The notes under the pieces: generated by a model
Told to the model about the DNA's origin: nothing
What the model saw: only the letters and a program-made list of their open reading frames with translations
Database searches by the model: none
Shown here: positions 26,330 to 37,742 of the stretch, one piece after another
Position numbering within the stretch: position 1 is the stretch's first letter
Layout: the number at the start of each line of letters is the position of its first letter
DNA from: Camelus ferus
Taxonomy: Eukaryota
Length of the DNA: 64,000 nt
NCBI RefSeq assembly: GCF_009834535.1
Contig: NC_045697.1
Span: forward strand, 80,354,001 to 80,418,000
Direction: 5' to 3'
Position numbers and translations under genes: made by a program

Positions 26330-27405
26330 CTATCCAATCTCAACATTTCAAATACTATCTACATGTTGACAAATACAAATTTTTATCTCCAACCCCTGAA
26401 TTCCAGACCGTATCTAAGGGTCAGCTCTCTATCTCAATCTGAGTATCTAAAAGCACACCCATCTGAAGTGTCCACATTTAGCTCTTGTTCTCTCCCTCCA
26501 AACCTACTGTTCCTTCAGTTTTCTCCACCTCAATACATAACAACTCCTTCTAAGTTGCTCAGCCAAAAGTCTTAACCATGACCTCTCTCTTTCCCTCATA
26601 TCTTATATCCAATTGTCAGCAGCCCTCATTGGTTCTGCTTTCAAAATACAACCAGAATCCAGCCACCACAATTACTCCAGTCCAAGCCAATATTACGTCT
26701 CACTTGAACACTGTAACAGCCTCCAATGTGTCTCCCTGCTTGGGCTCTTAATCCCTTCAATCTATATTCAACACAACAGCCAGAGTGATCCCTAAATCAG
26801 ATAATATTACTCCTGCACACAAAACCTTCAAAAAAATTCCCCATCTCAGCATAAAACACACAGATCTGGTCATGATCTACAGTGTCCTGCATGAGCTGTG
26901 TCCCCTCACCCAATACATACACACAACTTTACCTCATCTCCTATTACTCTCTCTCCAGCTCCCAACACATTGGCCTGCTGGCTTGAACATACCAGGTATG
27001 CTACTGAATCAAAACCCCTGAACTTCCTGATTCCTCTGCTTAGAAAACTCTTTCCACAGGCATATATGTGGCTGTTCCCTTACCTCCTTCAGAACTTTTC
27101 GTAAATGTGCCACATGAGTGGGGTCTTTCCCAACCATCCTGTTTAAAATTGCAACCCACACACCTTGACAGACACACATACCTACACCCACACCTATATA
27201 CACACACTGAGGCCCCTTGCTCTTGCTTCATTTTTTTCCACAGCCCTTATTACCATCTCACATACTTATATTTTACTTAATGACTAAAATGTTTCCTCCA
27301 TGAAGGCAGGTATTTTCTTCTGTTTTGATTCCTGCTGCATCACCAGGACCTAGAAAGGTGCCAGGCATATGATAAGCAGTCAATAACTATTTGTTTAATA
27401 AATAA
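26330..27405 (+). mobile_element. L2 (L2a-like) 3' ~1 kb
   Basis: cagccagagtgatc..aatcagataat..ctcctgc..aaaacctt; ends ctccatgaaggcagg..cctagaaaggtgccaggcata..tcaataactatttg. Confidence 0.85.
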
Positions 27406-27639
27406 GCAGATCTACTAAGAAGCAAAAAAGAATTAGCCTCTACACAATCACTCAACGGATTTCAATCATCTCCCTCACACTCTCAAGCATTATGTTATCA
27501 TCCATTATTACTAATAACCCATCCGTTACTAATATTCTGTTAACAGGAACTATTTGTTAACAGCAACTGTATTTGTGTGGTCCAGGAACAGTCCTGACCT
27601 CATCATCACAAGTGAGGCAAAATATAAGCAACCCAATCA

Positions 27640-28475
27640 TAAAAGCTAACACCTACTGAGTGCTTACAATATGTCAGGCGTACGTGTTAAACACTTTAAT
27701 AAGTTATTCAATCCTCACAACATTCTAAGACATAGGTTTCTATTTCTTTCTTTCTAAAGGAGGAAACTGAAGCTCAGAGACTAACAAATTTAACCACCAT
27801 ATGATCTGGCAGTTCACTTCTGGATAAATACTCAAAGGAAATAAAATCGTCTCAAAGAGATACCTGCACACCTATGTTCACTGCAGCATTATTTACAATA
27901 GCTAAGACATGGAAACAATCTAAGTGTCCACTGTCCACTGATGAATGAATGGATAAAGAAAATGTAAGATATAGATATAGACAGATACAGATGCACAGAC
28001 ACAGATATGCATATCACTTACATGCCAAATTCATAAAGATAGTAGATTGACAGTTACCAGAGGCTGAGGGGTAGGGAAAGTGGGAAGATTTGTCAAGGGG
28101 TAAAACTTCTCAGTTATAAAGTGAATGAGCTCTTGGGATCTAACATATAGAATGGTGACTATAGTTAACAATACTGTATCGTATACTTGAAAGTTGCTAA
28201 GACAGTACATCTTATATGTTCTTACCACAAAAAAAAAAAAATAATTATGTGAGGTGATGGATGTGTTAACTAACCTTACTATCAAACATTTTGCAACATG
28301 TACACGTGTCAAATGTTGCACATAAATTTATATAATGTTGTATGTCAATTATGTTTCAAAAAAACCTGGGAGAAAAAATGAGGGAAAAAAGTGACTTCAC
28401 TAAATTTTAACATGGCTAGAAAGTGAAAGAATCAGGATTTGAATTCAGGTCATCCAAACGCCATGTTCTTAACTC
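27640..28475 (-). mobile_element. MIR split in two (27640-27782, 28390-28475) by an L1 insertion
   Basis: Left half ends gaggaaactgaagctcagaga; right half resumes aagtgactt..ggatttgaattcagg..tcttaac. Confidence 0.75.
27790..28378 (+). mobile_element. L1 3' fragment (L1MA-like)
   Basis: ccatatgatc..tgttcactgcagcattatttacaatagctaagacatggaaacaa..gaggtgatggatgtgttaactaacctt..tatgtcaattat, A-rich tail. Confidence 0.9.
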
Positions 28476-28799
28476 TTGTGTCTAACAGAAAGATGGTCCC
28501 ATCCTGCAGCACAGAGAAGGTAGTATTTAACTATGTGATGAGGTAGTCTGAAAAATAGCCTAGTAAGACATAACACTGGGATGTACCAGGAAGCACAATG
28601 TCCCTACCTTGAAAGGATTCCAGACTTGGTACAGGAGGCAGTGGGGACCTGCTACGTCTGAGCCAGAAAGTCGGTGATACTGACTGAGGGTCTTTCCTAA
28701 GTACAGTGACTCTGGCATAAAGGTTTTGAAAAGGTTGAGGAAATAAAGGAAGGCAAAAATGTACATGTGGAAATGTGTATGTACAAGAACATGGAGACA

Positions 28800-29095
28800 A
28801 AAATTAATGCATTCATTTTTGCTCATTTGTTCAACAGCATAAGTCTCTAATGTTAGAGGCACTGTTATCGGTATCAGGAACACTAGGAACAAACAGATGA
28901 TCCCTGTGCTTAAGCAGTTCATCGCCTGGCAAAGGCAGTTACAGGGCAATGATTAAGCAGCCAGCCTGAATAGGTCAGATGATGTAGAGAGTTTATTGGA
29001 GAACAGTGAGTGAAAAGGTTAACAGGTAAAAAGGGAAGACATTATGGAGAATTTTGAGGGTCAGAGAAATTTGAATTTGGTTGTAAAAATATGTT
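28800..29095 (-). mobile_element. L2 fragment
   Basis: attcattt..catttgttcaaca..aggcactgt..gaacaaacaga..tccctgtgc. Confidence 0.55.
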
Positions 29096-29649
29096 AGATG
29101 TACATTTCTGACATACACAAACAATACCTGTTGAATGAAGGATCATAATTCTTAAATGCATTCAAAGCCCTGGCCTAGAAATTATCTTTCTCATTTCTGT
29201 ACTTGGATAACTACTGCAAGAGAGAATCATTTATTAGAATCTCTCAATCCACCAATAATCTTGGAAAATAAGGGAAGGATTCTTTTTACTATAATAGGCC
29301 AGTTCTTATGAGAAATGACTCATATAATACCTCTCTGTTTTGAAATATCTACAAAAAATTCCAAAGCATAGCTGATTTTTCCCCTCCTGGAAATGACTCC
29401 CTCAAACAGACGTTCTTGGAATTTATCAAATAGCCTATTTTCTCCTTGAATTAAACTCCTAAGAACCATTGCAGAAGTCATGGGGTAAAAGATCCACCTT
29501 CCCTTTCCATCCTGCTCACAAAACTAGCAAGTCACAGTGTTTAGCCTCCTAGGTCACAGAGGAGAGATCATTTTTAAATGACAATATTCATTCAATATCT
29601 ATACCCAATGCTTTTGACTCTTTCCTAATACATTGACTTAGACATATAA

Positions 29650-29825
29650 CCACAGTGCTCTGTGCCTCAGATCCATTATCCATAAAACAGAATTACAATA
29701 GATATACCTGATAGGATTTATGTTATCACAATATCAAATTTAGTACCTATGCCACAAGTATTCAATAACGCTTGGCCCACTGTAAACCCTCAGTAAAAAT
29801 CAGCACTCATCATTGTTATTACTGT
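29650..29825 (+). mobile_element. MIR fragment
   Basis: ctctgtgcctcag..cataaaacagaat..atacctgatagg. Confidence 0.55.
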
Positions 29826-29864
29826 ACCCATTGTAATGTCTATCAGTGGTTTACATCTAATTTT

Positions 29865-30330
29865 ACATATTTTACAAATGTATTTACTGCTAAAACAATT
29901 CAAACAGTACAAAAAAGAAAAAGTAAAGACCCAAATCCTATCTTTTCCACCTCTGGTTCCCTCGGTCCCACCCTCTGAAAGTGTCATTGTCTGTATGTCC
30001 TTCCAGACATATTTTGCACCAGGAAATAAAAGTATATATCCAGACACTTTCTTTTTTGTTTACATAAACTGTTCTATAATTTGCTTTCCTTTCATCTAAT
30101 GATACGTGTTGTACACATTTCCGTGTATATTTACATCATCTTCCTAACAAAAACAGTCAATTTTGGGTGCACTGGCTCCAAAATTTATTTATTTATTTAT
30201 TTAATCTCCAATTGATAGACATGGAGGTGTGTCCAATTTTTACCATTACCAAACTATGCCTCAATAAACCTTTTATATGTGTACATACACACTTTGGTGA
30301 TTTTGTCATCCTAGAGGTATGGTTGCTAGA
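29865..30330 (-). mobile_element. Old L1ME-like fragment
   Basis: attgatagacatggaggtgtgtccaatttttaccattacc..cctagaggtatggttgctagatca. Confidence 0.6.
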
Positions 30331-32743
30331 TCAACGGCTATTATCTATATTGTCTATATTTCAATTAGGTATTCATTGTGTAATTAGATAATAATTATAT
30401 TTCAGTTGTCAAACTGCTTCTAGAAAATAATACACCTCAGTGGTATATTTTTAAAGTCTTACCAAAGATCACATTAATTAGTAAGAATAGAAATATAGGG
30501 ACTCCAGCACAAAGAACAAATATGATGTGATCCCTGTGCTTATCCACTGGTATACATAGTTACAGAAGATTAAGGAACCAGCCTGAACAGACCAGAGGCA
30601 CAGAGGATCTTTTCTGGCGAACAGTGAAGGTAGCACTCTCTCTCTCTTATATGCCATGAAATTAAAGTAAAAACCATCATGTAAAAACTTTTATCCTGCT
30701 TACCTGATATCCTTGTCTTATTTTGTTGTAAAACTAAAGTTTTGCTTTTCAGACAATGTATTCTCAGAAAAACACTGACATATTTAAGCAGTGTAAATGC
30801 CTTTTAGTAGTATGTCATGGATACTCAAGGATGCAATCTAAAGTTTAGCAAGACGTTAACTCTGACCTATCATCAGTCTACAAGCTGGAGAGACAGGTGA
30901 CATGACCACAATCCTTCTCCCTCCCATTCTGCCCCACTTTCCAATCTCCCTCCATGCCTAAAAAGTGATTTATATAATCCATAATCATCTTGTTCACATC
31001 CCCAAAGATAATAAGACCTATGGGAAATAAAAATTATACCTATATAAAACAAACCACATTTTGGGAACTCTAATATAGTTATACAGAGAGCATACACAAA
31101 ATATTTTGAGTATAGAGACAAAATTGTTCTGATACAAATTTAAAAGAAACTCATTTCTATGCATCTGTATTCATTAAAATACACATGTCAATTTGTGTTT
31201 TGATAAACCGAAGTCACCAACTTTTAGGAACAGATTTATGAACAAGAGACAGTCATTCTTTTAAGAAAACTACTAGACACTTTCATAATGTAGATGTTGC
31301 TGGGGAATTATGAGTCATGTTAAGAAGCAAGTTCCACTATTTGTTTATTTCATTTCAAATGAGTATGTACTTAAGCATCCTACATTCCTGCTTGTCCATA
31401 ACATCTCCATCTGGTTCTTTCTGAATATCAAATTTTACAAAATTGTTTCTGTGGAAACACAAGCATATAATATTCAATGGGCAACTGAAACTGAATTAAC
31501 TTCAGAGGTACTGACCAAAGTCAGCCAAGACTGAGGCTACTTTTTATGAAACACCCTAAGAAATACTGCCAACTTTAAACAGGCAGCCATTTCACTGCCC
31601 TGTCAAAGGGTTATTTTTAATAAGCTCATAATTGTATGTTGCCCATCTTTACTTTTGTCAATGACATTTAAGCAAATTCCAATTCATAATAAAGGCCAAG
31701 GGAGGATAAACCTTTGGTTGAGAAAATTACCATACACAGAATATAGCATTTATTTTTCCTGCCGATTCTTGGAGGCTAAGACACTGGTAAGAGAGTAGCT
31801 GTTTCAACTCCAGGAGAGTCACTGGTACCAGTTTTGTTTGCTTAATTCCAAAGCCTAGGCTGGTGCCACACTTCCCAGCCTTGGTAATAAAGGCTTCTCC
31901 TTAGCTCTAAATAGCTGTATCAAATAACCAACCCCTTCAGGTCAAGAAACTACAACAACGAAAATAAAAACGCTTCCCTCCAAACCAGGCAAGGAAGTGT
32001 AAAATTGTGAAGGTAACAAACACAAGGGGCCCAGGTAAACTGTGCCACCTACCTATCCAGGAAGACCACCCAATTCAATTTTCCCTGCCTGATTCTAGCT
32101 GTGGGCGACTGTAGAAGAGACGAAAGCGGTCAGAGCAAACTCAACTGGCAAGAGTAGGCTCAGCTGTGTCAGCTGGTATTTGAAAAAACTATAGTAGTAA
32201 AATGCCAGGCAGCCCTTAGGATGAGCCCAGGACACTCTAGAAGGGCACTCTTCCTACCCTCTTCAGGAATAGACTGGAGGCAGGGAGCCTGATTCAGCCT
32301 TCAGAAAAGATCCAAAAGAGTATATTGCCAGAATAATTTTGAATTCTTAAATCTCCATTAATAAAGTTTTAGTTAAACTAAAACCAATGTATGTATTCAA
32401 TCATCACTTACTGACAACCCACAAAATCAGGCACTGATGAAAAATTAGCACAGGTATGGATATATTTTCTTTAATAATTTTGTCTGCTATAATCCAAATC
32501 CACACTTCTCTTTACTAGATTAATTCCCCTAAAGCACTCTTCATGTCACATCCCTGCTCAAAAGGCTTCCTGTTCTCCCCAGGGAAAAGCCCTTTTGGCA
32601 ACCTTATAGCCTGTCATTTCAAACATAAACACCCTCCACTAACCAGGTAATTAATTTTACCATCCCCGAACTGAGCTTTTATTTATTCTTGCTTCTGTTC
32701 CTCTGTTCCTGCAAGTCTCAACAAGTGGAATACTATTCACTTT

Positions 32744-33156
32744 CTGTCCGAAGCAGGCTGGATTCGCTGGGTAGCAGACTGAGATGGAGTTCAGCATGCC
32801 CAACATTTATCAGAGGAATGCCCTTAGGATCAAACCTGATGGAAGGAGAAGAAGGATGCAGACTTGGGAAGAGGGAGAATTGAGCTATGACACAGCCATG
32901 GCAGCCTCAGAAACACTTTGAGGAACTCTGTGGCTAAAATGTCCCTTCAGCCTTGTCTCCAGTTTGCTGAAATGGTCAGGCCTTTACATTCCACCCTGAA
33001 ACCCCAAGGGCTATCGGCCATGCCAGGAAGGTTGTGACCTTTGGCTAGCTGGCTCTGCAAAGGCAATCCCTGAAGGGGCTGATAACATTCCCAGTAGCTG
33101 AGAGAGCAAGAACTTCTTTGAAGGGTTATCTGGGAAGCACATCACCATATGCACTA
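32744..33156 (-). mobile_element. ERVL solo LTR (LTR33-like) inserted into an L2 fragment
   Basis: gcagactgagatggag..ccttaggatcaa..gggaagagggaga..tgtgacctttggc..tctgggaagcacatcacca; L2-like flanks ~32520-32720 and ~33160-33230. Confidence 0.7.
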
Positions 33157-33358
33157 CTCTTCCTGCCCAAATCATCTCATCCTTTAAGGCTCAGCTCTAA
33201 TCTACTTCTACCTCATACAGTCCTTGAACACATAACACTATCACTTAATAAAACTCTCATTGTGTTAAGTAACATTTCAAAAATGTTATTTCCAACAAGC
33301 TATACAGGCTGCTGGAAGGTAAGAATTATAAGTTATATGATCTGCTAATTTCTTTACA

Positions 33359-33540
33359 CAGGGATAAGCTTTTTACACTGAAGTCCAGAGAGTCACTATT
33401 CTATGTTTTGTATACCACATATGGCTTCCATTGCATTTTTTTTAACATACACTTTTAAAAATGTAAAAACCTTTTTAAGCTCATTGGCCATATAAAAATA
33501 GGTCAGCTATAGCCCATGGACCATTATTTACCAACTTTTG
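33359..33540. mobile_element. MER58-like hAT-Charlie MITE
   Basis: tttaaaaatgtaaaaacc..agctc..ggccatataaaaatagg..gcccatggacca..ttaccaac. Confidence 0.7.
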
Positions 33541-33548
33541 CTTCAGAA

Positions 33549-33859
33549 CAGTACTGTCAAATGGCAATTTAATGGAAGCCACAAATGCAAATCATGTATG
33601 TTGTGTTAAATTGTGTGGAGCCACAGTAAAAAAGCAAAAAGCAGTATGTGCACTCAATTTCAATATGGTTTATTTAATCAAAAATATTTAAATATTTCAA
33701 CATAGAATCAATATAAAAATATCAATGAGCTATTTTACATTCTAAGTCTTTGAAATCTAGTGTGTATTTTCACTTACATCAAATTTCAGTTCAGGCCAGC
33801 CATGTATTAAGTGCTCATTAGCCACACAGAGCTAGTGGATACCAAACTGGAGAGCACAG
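33549..33859. mobile_element. MER33/MER3-like hAT-Charlie MITE
   Basis: cagtactgtcaaat..aagtctttgaaatctagtgtgtatttt..agtgctcattagccaca..gctagtggatacc..ggagagcacag. Confidence 0.8.
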
Positions 33860-35842
33860 CTAAATACAGAGAGGATGGTATTTTCATAAATGTGAATTTG
33901 TTCATTTAAAGAGCATATACTGAGTTCTAGCCATTGATAATGTAGATAAATCTGCGCTAAATATGAGAATATAGATTCAATAGGAGTCAATTTTTCCCCT
34001 TAAACAGCCCAGAGTTTAGTGGAGGATACAGACAGGGGATGTAATAACAATGTAATATGTTAGTGGTCTGGAGGACGGCTATAGTAGAATACAAAAGGTA
34101 GGTCTTAATTGGTCACCAAATCCATAAAAACTTCTTCAGTGCACTACAGGCTCATTAAAAGCATAATTTTTTAAAGTTAAAACAGTTCAGACTTTTAAAA
34201 ATAACTTTCTTGCTTTAAATACCGTCTGAATGAGAGAAATTAATTTGGGACACAACTGAATAACTCCACACAACTGAATAAGAAGTGCACAAAGGTTCAT
34301 GATGAACCAAATATCCTATTTTACAGAACACATAAAATGGAAGGTATATTTCAAACACATATTTTTGAAAATGTATTTCAAGATTCCTCCACAGGTGCAG
34401 CTTTCTATTTCTTATCACACTGAGTTTTTTTTTAAAAAGGAACAGGCGCTTCATGTGGCAAAATGATGCTGGTGGCATTTCAACCAAATAGTTGAGAAGC
34501 TTTTGTCTTGCATAATTTTATGCAATTAAATTTTATGATTCCCCAGAAAATATAATTGATATAAAAAAGTGTTAGAAACACAGTACTATTCCTGAAGAGA
34601 TAAAATAGGGCCTGCTTTCTCTATGGTCTGGGAGTCAGAATGAATACTAAAATAAAATCTGAATATTTTCTATAAATATACAAGATTAGCATTTCCATCA
34701 GTTTCCCCCCCAATAACCTAACAAGCTTCCTAAACATTTAGTCCTTAACATTTCTAGAACGAAAATAAAATAATCTGTTTTCTTCTTTGTGTACATTGAA
34801 ATTTAATGGTTATAAACTATCTCATTGTACTGGGATATTCTGGCATATTTTACTAATTGTGAAAAACAAACTTCAGTGTTATAAGAAAAATGGGAAATTA
34901 ATTTCCCTGACTAGCAACTTAAATTTTATTAACCTGAAGTAACCTGATTAAAAGCAAGTCCATAACTAAATTGTATTCTTAATAGAAACATGCATATTTT
35001 AATATATACTGACAAAGAATAAATACACATTTAAAATCACATTAACAATGTGTAATGTCAGCCTAAATTACTTGACATTTTCTATGCTCTTTCTCACACT
35101 GGAGCAGAAGGGTTATTGATGTGGAGGAGGTAGAGAGCAGGGAGTGTTACATACACTTGGGAAAATTTCATAAAATTTCATAAAACCTATAGATCCTAAT
35201 CTCAGAAAAACTAAAATTTTCATACACACTATAAAGCTCACAATGAATCCATAAAAGTTCATTTACTCCAGGTGAAGAATCTATCCACTAAAAAGTAGAT
35301 CGAATTTATCAGTGAATAAAGCATTGAAATTAAGTGACCAAGAAAGTATTATCAATGCATCCTTTACACTACTCCAAGTAAATGTGCATGAGAATAAGTT
35401 GCCTCAATAAAATAAGAGTGTCTAAAATTTATAGCAGGCATCAAACAATCCACAGTAGGTAAAGTAAAAAGATGATGAGCAGATTCGGTTGCTGCTACCA
35501 TGCTGTATTTGATTAGAGACAGGGGATGTTCCAGAAATACCTCTTCTTTCATAAAAAGTGATAGATGGAACCCAGCACTCCCTACTTCAAAACCTCACTG
35601 ACCTAAATGATGGGTATCTGAGAACATTCTTTACTATCTTTGCAACTCTCTGGCAAATGTAGAATTACTTCAAAATAAAAAAGTTCTAACAAAGATGTGC
35701 TTCTGAGAGATGACTCAGTAGTAGTTTTTGTTTCCTCCACAGACCTGTGTAGACTGGAGACTGAGTTTTCTTCAAAACTGATGGTGAATGGAATTTAAAG
35801 GGAAGAAATATTACATTTGTCTTCTGAGTAAGACTTCCAACC

Positions 35843-35861
35843 TTTTTTTTTTTTTTTTTTT
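35843..35861. repeat. Poly-T tract
   Basis: Run of about 19 T. Confidence 0.9.
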
Positions 35862-37489
35862 AAAGGTAAGAAGTTATTGTCAAGAATTCAAAGCAAACCA
35901 TCCTATCAATCTCTGAGCAAAACATTCCCAGAGAAAAGGAGCCCTGGCAGAGTTGTCAAGACAGCCATGCAAGCCTGTTTCACAGCAGAATGCTCCTCCC
36001 TGCTAGGGGAGGGGGCGGGTGGCGGGGGTGAGATAAGAACAAGCAGACACAGGCAGGATGTCTCATGCCAAGATCGAGGCTAAAGACAGAAAACTGCTAC
36101 TTTTGAAAACTGTACAATTTAATGGGTCATTCATAAGTAAAGGAGCTGCTACTCAACTCATAAGATGTTAAGAGATGTGGAAATGCTTTTCCAATTGTTG
36201 TACTGAGCCACACACATTTTCTATGGGAAATAGCTTTTCTCTAAAATGTATCCCTAAAATTAGCTAACTTTTATCAAGGATTGATTTAATGCTATTAAAT
36301 CAGGAGTGAACATCCTCTCAACCACTTTATGTAGCACTTTCTGAGTGAGCATAAACTTTTGATTAAAGTAAAAAAGCCTGTGTGAAGAACTCCAATTCTA
36401 AACTGGCACATTTACAGCACTGTTACAGAATGGAAATGATTGATCCACTAATAGGAACTCTCCCATTTAAGTCAGATGAAAACAAGCCATTCCCTAGTTA
36501 AATAAAAATGGTAACTTTGACTCCTTATCCAAACTAGGAAAGGTAAAGCACTGGCATAAAACTGAATAGTAAAATAAGCAAATCTAAATTTTTAAAAAAT
36601 ACTACAGTAATAATACCTCCCAAGAAACAAAGTGACTTTATAAACTACAAATGTTCTGATGTGTAAAGGAAAAAAGCTGGCTATTTTAGCAAAGAATGCA
36701 CACATTGGAGTGATTTTAAAGGATAGTGTGGCTAAAACTTGGCCCAGTATTTAGTAGTATTTAACATTTCCTCAGTAAAATAGGTAGTAAAGTAACAGAC
36801 AGCAAGCTGCTTCTTAAGTTCACATTAGTAAGTAAGCCAGAACCAAAGGTAGAACTTTGGTGGACTCGAATAACATTCAAGCTGGTATATTAGGAAACCA
36901 CATGTAATAAATTAAATGATTGAGGCAAAGTTGCATTATCAACTATTTAGATCCACATGAAGTGTTTCCAGTTCCTGTTGTATACATAAAGAACAAAGCA
37001 TTTTTAATCAACCATCTTGAACATTAAAATATTTTAAAAGTTTTTTTCTCCAACAAAATATTCTCCATACTTTCACAGGTCTTTTCTGTCATTCTTCAAA
37101 ATAACATGTTATAGAAGATAAGATATAGCACATATAGGTAAGGCTGGCCATATGAAATACAACCGGGAAAAAAACCACCTTGTACCACAGCAGACCTATA
37201 AGTGAAATGTGATAGCAGACCACCATTCTTGTTGAGTTGTAAGCAAGCACATTACTGGGGTTCATAAATAGAAAATTAGTTTAGAAACTCTGAGGTAAGC
37301 TTCTTATTTTACTCTTCACCGCTTGACTCATGCTGCATATCCATGCCCAGTTATGATCTCCACATCTGAGAGGGAATGCAGAGAAATAAAAAGGAAGGAA
37401 GCCCACACAGATGATGAAAGGGTTGGAAAAAGAAGAAAGAGCACAAGGATAGAGTGGTCAGGCTGTGAAGAAAACTCTGAGAGGAGACT

Positions 37490-37742
37490 TTTTAATGTCC
37501 TTGAAATACACAGGCTCTTATATTGAGAATGGTAACCAGCTGTTCTCCTTCTCTATTTAGGACAAACCAGAAGAAAATGGTTTAAATCAAAGCAAAGACA
37601 GATTTAGGTTACTAAGGGAAACTGTGGAATCTTCTCCAGAATCATTTAAAACTAGACAGATATTTACCAAAGGGGATTAAGGTACAGGAGTGAGAACTAT
37701 AATCTGATTTACAAGACCCTTTTAAACTCTAACTTCTATGTA
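37490..37742 (+). mobile_element. CR1/L3 LINE 3' fragment
   Basis: ccagctgttctcc..ggacaaaccagaagaaaatggtttaaa..agatttaggtta..tgtggaatct..ctctaacttctatg resembles the L3 3' end. Confidence 0.7.
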
